A stretch of DNA of 64,000 nucleotides from Squalus acanthias (Eukaryota), in assembly GCA_030390025.1 (NCBI GenBank), contig CM059440.1, positions 53,320,001-53,384,000 on the forward strand. The letters are read 5' to 3'. Shown in pieces: positions 37,601 through 49,600 of this stretch. Under the pieces are notes generated by a model. It was not told the DNA's origin. It saw only the letters and a list, made by a program, of their open reading frames with translations, and ran no database searches. Each line of letters begins with the position of its first letter. Within the stretch, counting starts at the first letter, position 1. The translations under genes and the position numbers were made by a program.

Positions 37601-40600
37601 CCACATTCTCACCACTCTCTGGGTAAAGAAGTTTCTTCTGAATTCCCTATTGGATTTCTTGGTGACTATCTTATATTGATGGCCTCTAGTTATGCTCTTC
37701 CCCACAAGTGGAAACATTCTCTCTGTGTCTACTCTATCAAAACCTTTCATAATTTTAAAGACCTCTATTAGGTCACCCCTCAGCCTTCTCTTTTCAAGAG
37801 AAAAGAGACCCAGCCTTTTCATCCTTTCCTGATAGGTATAACCTCGCATTTCTAGCATCATCCTAGTAAATCTTTTTTGCACCCTCTCCAGTGCCTTTAT
37901 ATCCTTTTCATAATATGGCATACCCTTTTTATAATAATGGCCCACAGTTGAATAGCCTGCTGATACTCGAGGCTCACACACGAAAAATGGCCACGTGGGC
38001 GAGGTATAGAGGGCTGCTGGCGCCAATGTGTGTTCGAGCGAGAGTTAGCTCCAGGGAGAGAAGGTTGGGGAAAACAAATGTGTGTCCAAACTATATGTAG
38101 TTCCTGATGTTGTAAAAGACCCCTAAAGTTAGAGTACGGTACCTGTCTACACACTGCGCGGCTAGACAAGCAGTTGTCAGTATGGTTTTAACGTGTGACA
38201 GCCATTTCGAAGCCTCCAGTTTACTGAGCCATCTGTCAATGCTGTTGGATTGGTCATTGCAAGCATCTACCAGCTTACTCAGGCTTTCCTGAAGGACTCT
38301 GCCTCTGCAATAAAAAAAAATACATTGAAACAGATTAGAAAAAGATTTTTGAGTTCTCTTAGTTTTGCTGACAGTAATTCACGAAGAAGAATAGGGCTAC
38401 CAGTGCTGTGCTGTCCTGTTTTCTTATCCTTACAGTTCTACAGAGTAGACTGCAAAGATTGTGGCCTAAATATTCGATGAAGCCGCACCCATTGCACAGG
38501 CATAAAATGGGCGCCAAATGATCTACTCCAGCTCCTATTTCTTACGTTCTTGTGTTAATACAGTGGGTGCCATGTGCGCGCATTCTGAGCCAGAAGTGCG
38601 CCACCTGCCATGTTGGTATAGGCATCAAAAGGGGCCTCCAGCGTCTGATGCAACCAAAGCCTGAGGTGGACTATGGCCTTCCTGTTCTGGCGCAGGGATT
38701 GCTCCCTGTGCCCAGTTCCTGCCGGTGCAGGCCAATTTTTAGGCCTGTGCTTCTGACTGGAGGGCGACACTCTCCCATCACAAAGGCCGCACAAAGTCAG
38801 ATACAATATGAGAAGAATGAGCTTACTAACAGTTAAAGGAAAGTCCAACTTTTATGCTTAGCTCCAGCTAAACCTCTGCAAACATAAAAAGCTAGTGCAC
38901 TGTACCTCTTCCTCTCAGCAAGAAGCTCAACACCATCCAGGACAAAGCAGCCCGCTTGATTGGCACCCCATCCACCACCTTAAACATTCACTCCCTCCAT
39001 CCCCAGCGCACCGTGGCTGCAGTGTGTACCATCTACAAGATGCACTGCAGCAACTCGCCAAGGCTTCTTCGGCAGCACCTCCCAAAGCCGCGACCTCTTC
39101 CACCTTGTAGGACAAGGGCAGCAGGCGCCTGGGAACACCACCACCTCCAAGTTCCCCTCCAAGTCACACACCATCCTGACTTGGAAATATATCGCCGTTC
39201 CTTCATCGTCGCTGGGTCAAAATCCAGGAACTCCCTCCCGAACAGCACTGTGGGAGTACCTTCACCACACGGACTGCAGCGGTTCAAGAAGGCGGCTCAC
39301 CACCACCTTCTCAAGGGCAATTAGGGATGGGCAATAAATGCTGGCCTTGACAGCGACGCCCACATCCCGTGATCGAATAAAAAAAAGATAAGACCTAATC
39401 CAAGTCAAACCCTTAAGTTCCTAAAGTAACCCTAACTCTTGAGTGCCGGGCTCTTTTGCCGGCACTCCCGATCCCCGGGGGCCCAGCTGGGCCCCGGGTC
39501 GTGCTGCGCAGGGCCCCTCCCCTTTAAGATATTGACTCGCAGCGCCCCAAGAGGGAGGCGGGGCGCTTCCATAGCGCCTCGCTTCCCTCTTGGGGTGCAA
39601 CCACTCAATTTCTGCCGCGGGGGCGCTAATTTTTCCGGGGCGCTACTAGTGCCCCAAATGGGGCGCGACTCAATTTTTAGCCCCGTGATTCTGATCATTC
39701 TTTTAAAAAGAAAAACTCAGAGAGATATAGCAATAATTAACAGTTTGGGGTAAACTATGGGTCAAGTACTCCAAATGGTAGAAAGCATCATAGGCAGGAC
39801 AGTAAAGAATTTACCTCTTTTGAGGTACAAGTGTGAGAAGAGGACCAACACTCTCAGTCTATATAAATTAACTGGGTAATGTACATTGAGTACCTCGCTA
39901 CCTCTCTCTCCTCCTTTAAGACGCTCCTTAAAACCTACCTCTTCGACCAAGCTTTTGGTCACCTGCCCTAATTTATCCTTATGTGGATCGGTGTCAAATT
40001 TGTTGTCTTAAAATACTCCTGTGCAGCGCCTTGGGACGTTTTACTATGTTAAAGGCGCTATATAAATACAAGTTGTTGTTGTTGTTGTTGAGTTGTAACG
40101 TCATCCACTTTTATGCAACTTATATTGTAACGATGGTGCGACTGCGTGGGCAACTCAACCCTCCCCTCTCAGTCAGCGATCAGAGCAGAACTAGAATGTG
40201 ACCCAACAAACATGAAGCTTACAATTTCCAACCACAATTAATGAACATCCCGCGGGGTAAATTTTCATCGGCACTGCCTGGGCGGTAACCTGGCGGAGCG
40301 GATCGCCTGTACATTATAGAAGAAGCTCGATTTTCATTCCATTGAAAGAGTGGCCTGAGGTCGTTAAAGGTTCTGCCATCGTTGGTGCGGCAAGAGATGG
40401 AGGAGACGCACAAAATGCCGAAGATGGAAGACCGAAGGCTGCTGGAAGGGACGTAAGGTGCGAGGAGGCTACAGAGTAAGGCGCAGTGAAGTTCTGGAGG
40501 GATTTGAAGATGAACACAAGGATTTAATGTTTATTGCAATGGCGGGGGGGGGGGGGGGCGGCGGCGAGCATGGCGCCCATGTAGGTCAGTGAGGCCGGGG

Positions 40601-43600
40601 ATGATGGGTGAACAGGACTTGGCGAGGAACGGGTTTTGGTGGCTGAGTTTTGGAGAAGTTGAAGTCCGTGGAGGGTTGGGAATGCAAGGCCAACAAGGAG
40701 AATAGTAGAGAGAGTGAGCGTTAAGATTAAAATAGCATGGATTAGGGTTTCAGTGGTTTCAGAGATGGAAGTGGAGACAGGCTGGGTTTAAAGAGGTGGA
40801 AGTGGAGACAGGCTGGGTTTCAGAGATGGAAGTGGAGACAGGCTGGGTTTCAGAGATGGAAGTGGAGACAGGCTGGGTTTAAAGAGATGGAAGTGGATAC
40901 AGGCTGGGTTCCAGGGGTGGAAGTGGAGACAGGCTGGGTTTAAAGAGATGGAAGTGGAGACAGGCTGGGTTTCAGAGATGGAAGTGGAGACAGGCTGGGT
41001 TTCAGAGATGGAAGTGGAGACAGGCTGGGTTTCAGAGATGGAAGTGGAGACAGGCTGGGTTTCAGAGATGGAAGTGGAGACAGGCTGGGTTCCAGGGGTG
41101 GAAGTGGAGACAGGCTGGGTTTAAAGAGATGGAAGTGGAGACAGGCTGGGTTCCAGGGGTGGAAGTGGAGACAGGCTGGGTTTAAAGAGATGGAAGTGGA
41201 GACAGGCTGGGTTTCAGAGATGGAAGTGGAGACAGGCTGGGTTTCAGAGATGGAAGTGGAGACAGGCTGGGTTTCAGAGATGGAAGTGGAGACAGGCTGG
41301 GTTTCAGAGATGGAAGTGGAGACAGGCTGGGTTTCAGGGGTGGAAGTGGAGACAGGCTGGGTTTGAGAGATGGAAGTGGAGACAGGCTGGGTTTCAGAGA
41401 TGGAAGTGGAGACAGGCTGGGTTCCAGGGGTGGAAGTGGAGACAGGCTGGGTTCCAGGGGTGGAAGTGGAGACAGGCTGGGTTCCAGAGATGGAAGTGGA
41501 GACAGGCTGGGTTTCAGAGATGGAAGTGGAGACAGGCTGGGTTCCAGGGGTGGAAGTGGAGACAGGCTGGGTTTAAAGAGATGGAAGTGGAGACAGGCTG
41601 GGTTCCAGGGGTGGAAGTGGAGACAGGCTGGGTTTAAAGAGATGGAAGTGGAGACAGGCTGGGTTTCAGAGATGGAAGTGGAGACAGGCTGGGTTTCAGA
41701 GATGGAAGTGGAGACAGGCTGGGTTTCAGAGATGGAAGTGGAGACAGGCTGGGTTTCAGAGATGGAAGTGGAGACAGGCTGGGTTTCAGGGGTGGAAGTG
41801 GAGACAGGCTGGGTTTCAGAGATGGAAGTGGAGACAGGCTGGGTTTCAGAGATGGAAGTGGAGACAGGCTGGGTTCCAGGGGTGGAAGTGGAGACAGGCT
41901 GGGTTCCAGGGGTGGAAGTGGAGACAGGCTGGGTTCCAGGGGTGGAAGTGGAGACAGGCTGAGTTTCAGGGGTGGAAGTGGAGACAGGCTGGGTTCCAGG
42001 GGTGGAAGTGGAGACAGGCTGGGTTCCAGGGGTGGAAGTGGAGACAGGCTGGGTTTCAGGGGTGGAAGTGGAGACAGTCTGGGTTTCAGGGGTGGAAGTA
42101 AGCAGTTTTTCTGATGTGGGGTTTGAAGATCAACTTTAGGTCAAGCAGATGCCAAAGTCTTGCACAGTCTGGTTCAACCTGAGTGAGTGGTTGTGGAGGA
42201 GGATCGAGTCAGTGAGATAGCAGAGGCCAGAATCAATGGCTTTGGCCATCCAGATGTTCAGCTGGAGGAGGTTTTGAAGCATCCACGTTGCTCAGGCAAT
42301 TTAATAGCATTGGAGGTGATTTTGGGGCCAAGCGATAGAGCTGGGTGTTGTTAGCATAGATATAAAAGCTGATGATGTCACCTCTGAATGAGGTCACCAA
42401 GAAGCAGCATTTAGATGAGGAAGAGGAATCATAGAAATTTATGGCACGAGAGGCCATTCAGTCGTCTGTGCCGGCCGACAAAGAGCTATCCAGCCTAATC
42501 CCACTTTCCAGCTCTTGGTCTGTAGCCCTGTAGGTTACAGCACCTCAAGTGCATATCTAAGTACTTTTTAAATGCAATGAGAGTTTCTGCCTCGACCACC
42601 CTTTCAGGCAGTGAGTTCCAGACTCCCACCACCCTCTGGGTGAAAATAGTTCTCCTCAACTCCCCTCTAATCCTTCTACCAATTACTTTAAATCTATGCC
42701 CCCTGTTTATTGCGAAGGGAAATAGGTCCTTCGCATCCACTCTATCTAGGCCCCTCATAAATTTATACACCTCAATCCCCTCAGCCTCCTCTGTTCCAAA
42801 GAAAACAGCCCCAGCCTATCCAATCTTTCCTCATAGCTAAAATCATGCTCCTAATGGACATGAGTTCACACAAAATGCCATTACAATTTAGAATTGTCTT
42901 CCCCCACCCACTCCCCCAGAAACGTTGTTCTCTTACCCTACAATCAAGGACTGGCTGCTCTGTCAGCCAGTTGACTTCCTTACCTGTCTATGGGTCTATG
43001 CAGTCTTTTCCAGTTCTGGTAGTTAGCTTTCGATTCAAAGCCCCCACCCTTCACCTTAGCCTGATGTGCAGCTTGTATCGACCTGGTATCAATGATATAA
43101 CCCTCCTTATCAGCCTGAAGAACAGCGGCCAGGAAACATTCATCCTCTTTACATCTCTTTCCATTGGCCCCAGTCAGTGGCTGGCTGCTCCGCATTATTA
43201 CCTACAGGTGACAATATCTTCAGATCAGTCTATAGATGTAAAAACAGTATCATCCAAATCTGAGTCCAATTCACCGCACATTAACTGTACTGATAAATGA
43301 AACGCATATCGCCTCGCCCCCACACAAGCAGGTATTTGTACTACTGGTATATTAGAATATCTTCCTTACTCATGGAATCAACTAAGTGTCTGACCCTTTC
43401 ACCGTGGCTCTGCTGGTAGCACCCTCACCTCTGAGTGACAAAGGTTGTGAGGTTCACAGTCCCACTTGAGTACCAAAATCTAGGCTGACACTCCAGGGCA
43501 GTACTTTTGGATGAGATGTTAAACCGAGGCCCCCGCTGCCCTCTCAGTTGGACGTAAAAGATATTTCAAAGAAGAGCAGGGGAATTATCGCCGATGTCCT

Positions 43601-46600
43601 GGCCAATATTTATCCCTCAATCAATATCATTTAAACAGATTGTCTGGTCATTATCACATTGCTGTGCGCAAATTAGCTGCTGCGTTTCCTACACTACAAC
43701 AGTGACTACACTTCAAAAAGTACTTCATTGACTGTAAAACGCTTTGGGACATCCTGAGGTCGTGAAAGGCGCTATATAAATGCAAGTCTTTCTTTTTCTT
43801 TGAACCGTATGATGCATTTGTTCACTATTGCACAGGTCCATAGGGTTTTGCTCTTTTTACGCATTTCAGATCCTTCTATGTTTCCCAATGCGGATGGGCC
43901 GACCTGGTCCCAATTCTTTACCAAAGCTGTTCCTGATCCAGCTGCCACGAGGTGTGTTGGAGAATTCTGGGTGACTGTTGTGGTCTCCAATTTCCCCGCT
44001 GCCTGGTGGCAGCTACTGATGGCTGAGCCAAGGGCAGGCACTCATGCATTTGGCAGATTGCTGGCGGAGCCCATATTGTACCAACCCGCGGTAGTTTGGG
44101 GGGAATTTTAACCTCCCAGGATGGGCGGGAGAATGGCGGGGTCGACTTCCTGTGAATGTGTCTGCTTTCGGTGTAACCAGGGCAGGTTGGGGGTCGGGCG
44201 AGTAACCGGCTCTTGAGAGGTCGGTCAGTAATTTAAATATGCTAATGAAGCTGCGTGCCGCAGATTTTAACAATCTTTTACATTTAATGGCTGCGGGCTG
44301 GGTTTCCCAGGGCTCGGGAAACCCGGCACTGCAGGGAGGCGAAAACAGCTCGAACCAGCAGGTACGTGCCTTTCCAGAACTGCTTGTGGGCCAGGAGGAG
44401 CAGGAGTGCTTCCCACCCCGGCCCCTCCCAAGCTAATCTGCCACGATCAGCCCCACTCCCTGCCATTGGCTGACACCACCCACCCCCCCCCCCCCTCGCA
44501 ACCTGAAGTTCGCCACCCCCCGATCTCCAGGACATTAAATTCGACAGGACCTCCGCATTACCAGGCCGCTACAACCCCGCCCCCCCACCCCGCTCCCTCC
44601 CCGGAAATATCGAGGGCCTTTGTATTAAAACAGCACAAATGTCTTGCTTTGTCAGTTGTCTGGAGCATAGGGGTAATTTTACTAAATCCTGCTCCCAGCT
44701 GGAGAGCCGCTCCCACCAGCAGCAGATATTCAACCTCGTGCCCACCACCATATTCCATCCATTTATTTTCATGGGCGGTAAGGCACCGGGATATGCACTC
44801 TCGGTGGCTGAGGCTTGGTGGGTAGGGCTGCAATCTGGTACAGCTGAAGTGTTCGGACGAGTGCATCACCCATGAGGGCAGAGTGTGAGCGGTTTGTTAC
44901 TGCCATTTGAATCTGAGACTTAATTAAACTAACTCCTTCTCCTTATTTGTTGTTGGTAAGACGTACACCATTAGGGTTTTTTTGTTAAAGATTAGTTTCC
45001 TTCCACTGTGTGGCTGGGTACGCTGAGTACAGCAGTAAAGTTTTTTTTTTATTCGTTCATGGGATGTGGGCGTCGCTGGCAAGGCCAGCATTTATTGCCC
45101 ATCCCTAATTGCCCTCGAGAAGGTGGTGGTGAGCCGCCTTCTTGAACCGCTGCAGTCCGTGTGGTGAAGGTACTCCCACAGCGGTGTTGGGGAGAGAGTT
45201 CCAGGATTTTTACCCAGCGACGATGAAGGAACGGCCGATATACTTCCAAGTCAGGATGGTGTGTGACTTGGAGGGGAACTTGCAAAGTTAAGGCAGACCA
45301 CAGGCGACGCAGTTTAAAGGAGATTAAAACTGACTGAAGTGCAGTCCAACTGCACTGATCACAATGCGACAGGTCTTGTACTGCTACAACATAAATGATA
45401 ACAGAATAATGATTCGTACCATTCCATTCTTTTTGTGGTAGTAACTGAGCACTGGAAAGCGACCACCTTGGCGAAACCTGGCCACCGTCTTTAGTGCTGC
45501 ATCATCAATAGACTTGTGAACGATCACGGCATCAGGATAGGTTGTGCACACAGTGAAGTCTTTGTTTGTGTAACTAAGCCTCCAGTTATCGGTCTAGGTG
45601 AGAAAAACGGTTAACAGTCAACTTTTTTAATGAATTACTGAACACGAGAGCATTTATTGCTTTGAAAGTGAAAAGAAAGACTTGCATTTCTATAGCGCCT
45701 TTCACAACCACTGGACGTCCAAAGCGCTTCACAGCCAATGAAGTATCGTCGCTGTTGTAATGTGGGAAACGCGGCAGTCAATTTGCGCACAGCAAGCTCT
45801 CACAAACAGCAATGTGATAATGATCGGATAATCTGTTTTTGGTTTTTTTTTGATTGAGGGATAAATATTGGCCAGGACACTGGGGATAACTCCCCTTGCT
45901 CTTCTTCGAAATAGTGTCATGGGATCTGTTTATGTCCACCTGAGAGAGCAGGCGGGGCCTCGGCTTAACATCTCACGTGAAAGACAGCACCTCCAACAGT
46001 GCAGCACTCCCTCGGAGTGTCAGCCTAGATTTATGTGCTCAAGTCCCTGGAGTGAGATTTGAACCCACAACCTTCTGATGCAGAAAATGAGTGTGCTACC
46101 CACTGAGCCACAAGTGACTGGATACCCTGGTGCTGGAACACAATGGGGTACTAACATGCCGCCAGATGAAGTGATAGGATGCAAGTTCTTGCTGACATGG
46201 AGAGATCCCCCCCTTTGGCAGGCTATCTTGGGAGAGGCTTCCCCAGTGCAGTAATGAACAGTAGTAAAATGAACTCCCGTGCACCTCCTAGCAACCAACT
46301 TGAGGGTGACATTTTAAGGCAGGTGCAGGTGCAGGTACAGGTGAGTCAGTAAATGGCCGGTCTATGAAATGGGGAATGGCACGCCTTCCTTCCCTGGATG
46401 CCAGGTTGGAATAGACATTAATGCTCCAATTGAGCAATTCGCCATCAACGTCAGGTGTGTGCAAAACACAACGGCTTGCTAAGCCCTGCCAAAGCAGCCC
46501 GGAAGAAAAGCCATCCTGATTTGGTCATTTGCTCTTGTGGCTTTGCACTCAGAATTTTTAAAAGACAAACAAAATGATTGCGTGGAGCACAAAAACATGC

Positions 46601-49600
46601 AACAACGACTACATTTGAAAGGTTTATCTCGTAGCGTCTAAAGCAACATATCATTTAAATCGTTCCTTTCGTAATTCAGTGGTTGCAGCTTTGACTACCC
46701 AGTGGTACTTGTCACTTTAATGAGGTGGTCGCACAGGACGTCTTGGCTGTGCAAGAAAGAGACACACCAAATCACTCATGCTCATTTCTCGCCTCCACTC
46801 CCACACCAAAGGAGGATATGGGGAGGGGAGCTCCAAAAGAATAAAAATGGGAAAATATCAAGTAAATACATTTAAAAATAAAAGATTCTTTCATTTTTGT
46901 CTTTGATTTTTTTTTTATAGGTTGAATGTACAGTAATGAACTAACATGCATAGACAGCTTAGTGAACTGATCTTCAGGCGTGAATAAGTCCCAGCCTTCC
47001 TGAAGCTTCAGTTGCTTTGGCCGGTAGAAGAAGGGGTACATGTGACTGGTTGACTCCAGGGATGACAAAGCCTAAAAAACAAAAATCACAGCAAACGGAA
47101 ATTGTGACAAAGAAATGCACCAGAAACATCCGTGGAAACGTGACGAGATTACACTGTTGGGCCAGAATGACACAACATAATGCCCTTAAAGAGGGTATGA
47201 CTAAAATTATGATATGAAGTGATTTGTAATACAAACTACTGTTGCATTTGTGTCATAGCACAATTAGCTTTAAGAACATAAGAAATAGGAGCAGGCGTCG
47301 GCCATTTGGCCCCTCGAGCCTGCTCCGCCATTCAATAAGATCATGGCTGATCTGATCTTGGCCTCAACTCCACTTTCCCACCCGCTCTCCATAACCCTTG
47401 ACTCCCCTGTCATTCAAATATCTGTCTATCTCCACCTTGAATATATTCAACGACTCCGTCTCCACAGCTCTCCGGGGTAGAGAATTCCATAGATTCACGA
47501 CCCTCTGAGAGAAGAAATTCCTCCTCATCTCCGTTTTAAATGGGTGCCCCCTTATCCTGAAACTGTGCCCCCTAGTTCTAGATTCTCCACGAGGGGAAAC
47601 ATCCTCTCTGCATCCACCCTGTCGAGCCCCCTCGGAATCTTGTATGCTTCAATAAGATCACCTCTCATTCTTCTAAACTCCAATGAGTATAGGCCCAACC
47701 TGCTCAAACTTTCTTCATAAGATAACCCCCTCATCTCAGGAATTAACCAAGGGTGTTAAAATTTGTAACTATTTTTTGAAGTAATATCAAAAACAAATTA
47801 AACGAGCCTTCTCCGCCCCTCCCGCCACTTACGAACATACGAAAGTGACCAGGAAAGGACCAGCTGATCCATCGAGCACCCGCAACACTCAGGATGCCTG
47901 GAGCATCGCGACCAATGTGCCCTCGAATTTCTTTTTTCTGGGCGCGGGGCCCCTTTAATTTCCGCGCGTGCTCGATTTTTTCCATTTAAAAGCCGCTGAG
48001 CCTGCGAGGGACCTCCAGACCGCTCAGCGGCCGCGCAGCTTGACAGGAGCATTGATCATGACTAGAAACTTCCTACCCCACGCCCTACCCCACGCCCCCC
48101 CTCCCCACCCTCGCCCCTGTAACCTCCTGGGAGAAGCAAAAAAAACACAGGGAGAAAAAAACATAACCAATAAGGGAAAAAAAAAACACTGGAAAATTCC
48201 TCTCCGATTCCCCTCAGGTGATCAAACCCAGTCCTGGAGATCAGATTGACCATGTGTACATAAACTGTTAATCTACTTACCTTCCATGTGATGTGATCTC
48301 TGCCCTGGTGTAGTGGTGTCCTTGACTGTATTAATGACCCATCCTGGCAATGATCAAATCTATTCTATTTATTTTCCAGCCAGGTACCGACTCTGACCGT
48401 TGCTCCACACAGTATTGATTTGGAATGATTTGTGGCTTACCATTGTGGTTGCAAGGATCAGAAACAACACCAATAATGAAACCTGACTTGATCTACCATG
48501 ACTGTTCGCTTAACGTTCCCGGGCATCAAAGTGAAGGATATCAGGGTGAAGAATGAACATTTTTCACTTGTGGGCCCTCTCTGATCTGGTGCTGTATATG
48601 TGAAGAAGGCTTTCCCACATTACAGCACCTAACCCCAAAATGGAACTTCAGATTCCAACATGGCATTTCCTACCCCATGAACTGCATATTTCATCGCTCT
48701 TCAGTGCCTGAATACAGAAAAGTAGTCACGATGCTTTAAAAAGTCAGTCATTCTGTGAAGGACTTTCAGTTATTTCAATGTGATGATCCACTACCCTTAC
48801 CTCAGCGTCAGAAGGTTGTGGGTTCATGTCCCACTCCAGTGCAGTGCTGAGGGAGCGCTGCACTGTCGGGGGTGCCGTCTTTTGGATGGAGACGTTAAAC
48901 TGAGGCCCCGTCTGCCTCCTCAGGTGGACACGGCACTATTTTGAAGCAGAGCAGGGGAGTTCTCCCCGGTGTCCTGGCCAATATTTATCCCTCAATCAAC
49001 ATCACTAAAACAGATTATCTGGTCATTGCTGTTTGTGGGAGCTTGCTGTGCGCATATTGGCTGCTGCATTTCCTTCATTACAACAGACTACACTTCAAAA
49101 AAGTACTTCCCCATCGATTTGGGGCATCCGGTGGTCGTGAAAGGCGCTATATAAATGCAAGTAATTCTTTCTTTCAAGTGTCCTTCTGATTCCAGAATTA
49201 GTTGGTGGTTTTGTGGTGTGAACTGGGACTTGTTCTTCCTCAAACTTATTGCCCTGAACCATCAGCAAACGAGCACTTCCATCCCTTTGGGTTAGACTGG
49301 ATTTACATGCAGATCCCAGAGGTGCAAAAAATAATAGGGATGGTTTCGCGATCCAGGGCTTCCAACGGGATGGGGCACTTGAAGTGAATGCTTCTGTGGA
49401 ACTAAAATTAATAGGTGGAAAATCATGGCCTGTGTGTCCACGATTTCTCGCGACACGCTCCCTGGGAAGCGCAACGTCGGGAAATCGCCCGTAATATTCC
49501 AGCCTATTTTGCCTTACTTCCCACGTGGAAAGAACTGTTCCTATCTTAAATCTAATGCTAGAAATTCCGCTTCTGCTGTCGTCAGCCCACAGGTTTCAGC

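Noticed and set aside
41363-41962. 199-aa repetitive ORF (RDGSGDRLG / [10 protein letters not shown] repeats)
   Set aside because: By-product of the 30-bp minisatellite, antisense within an intron; no evidence of being a gene.
40757-42098. CRISPR-like array
   Set aside because: Units are head-to-tail with no unique spacers, there are no cas genes, and the context is eukaryotic.
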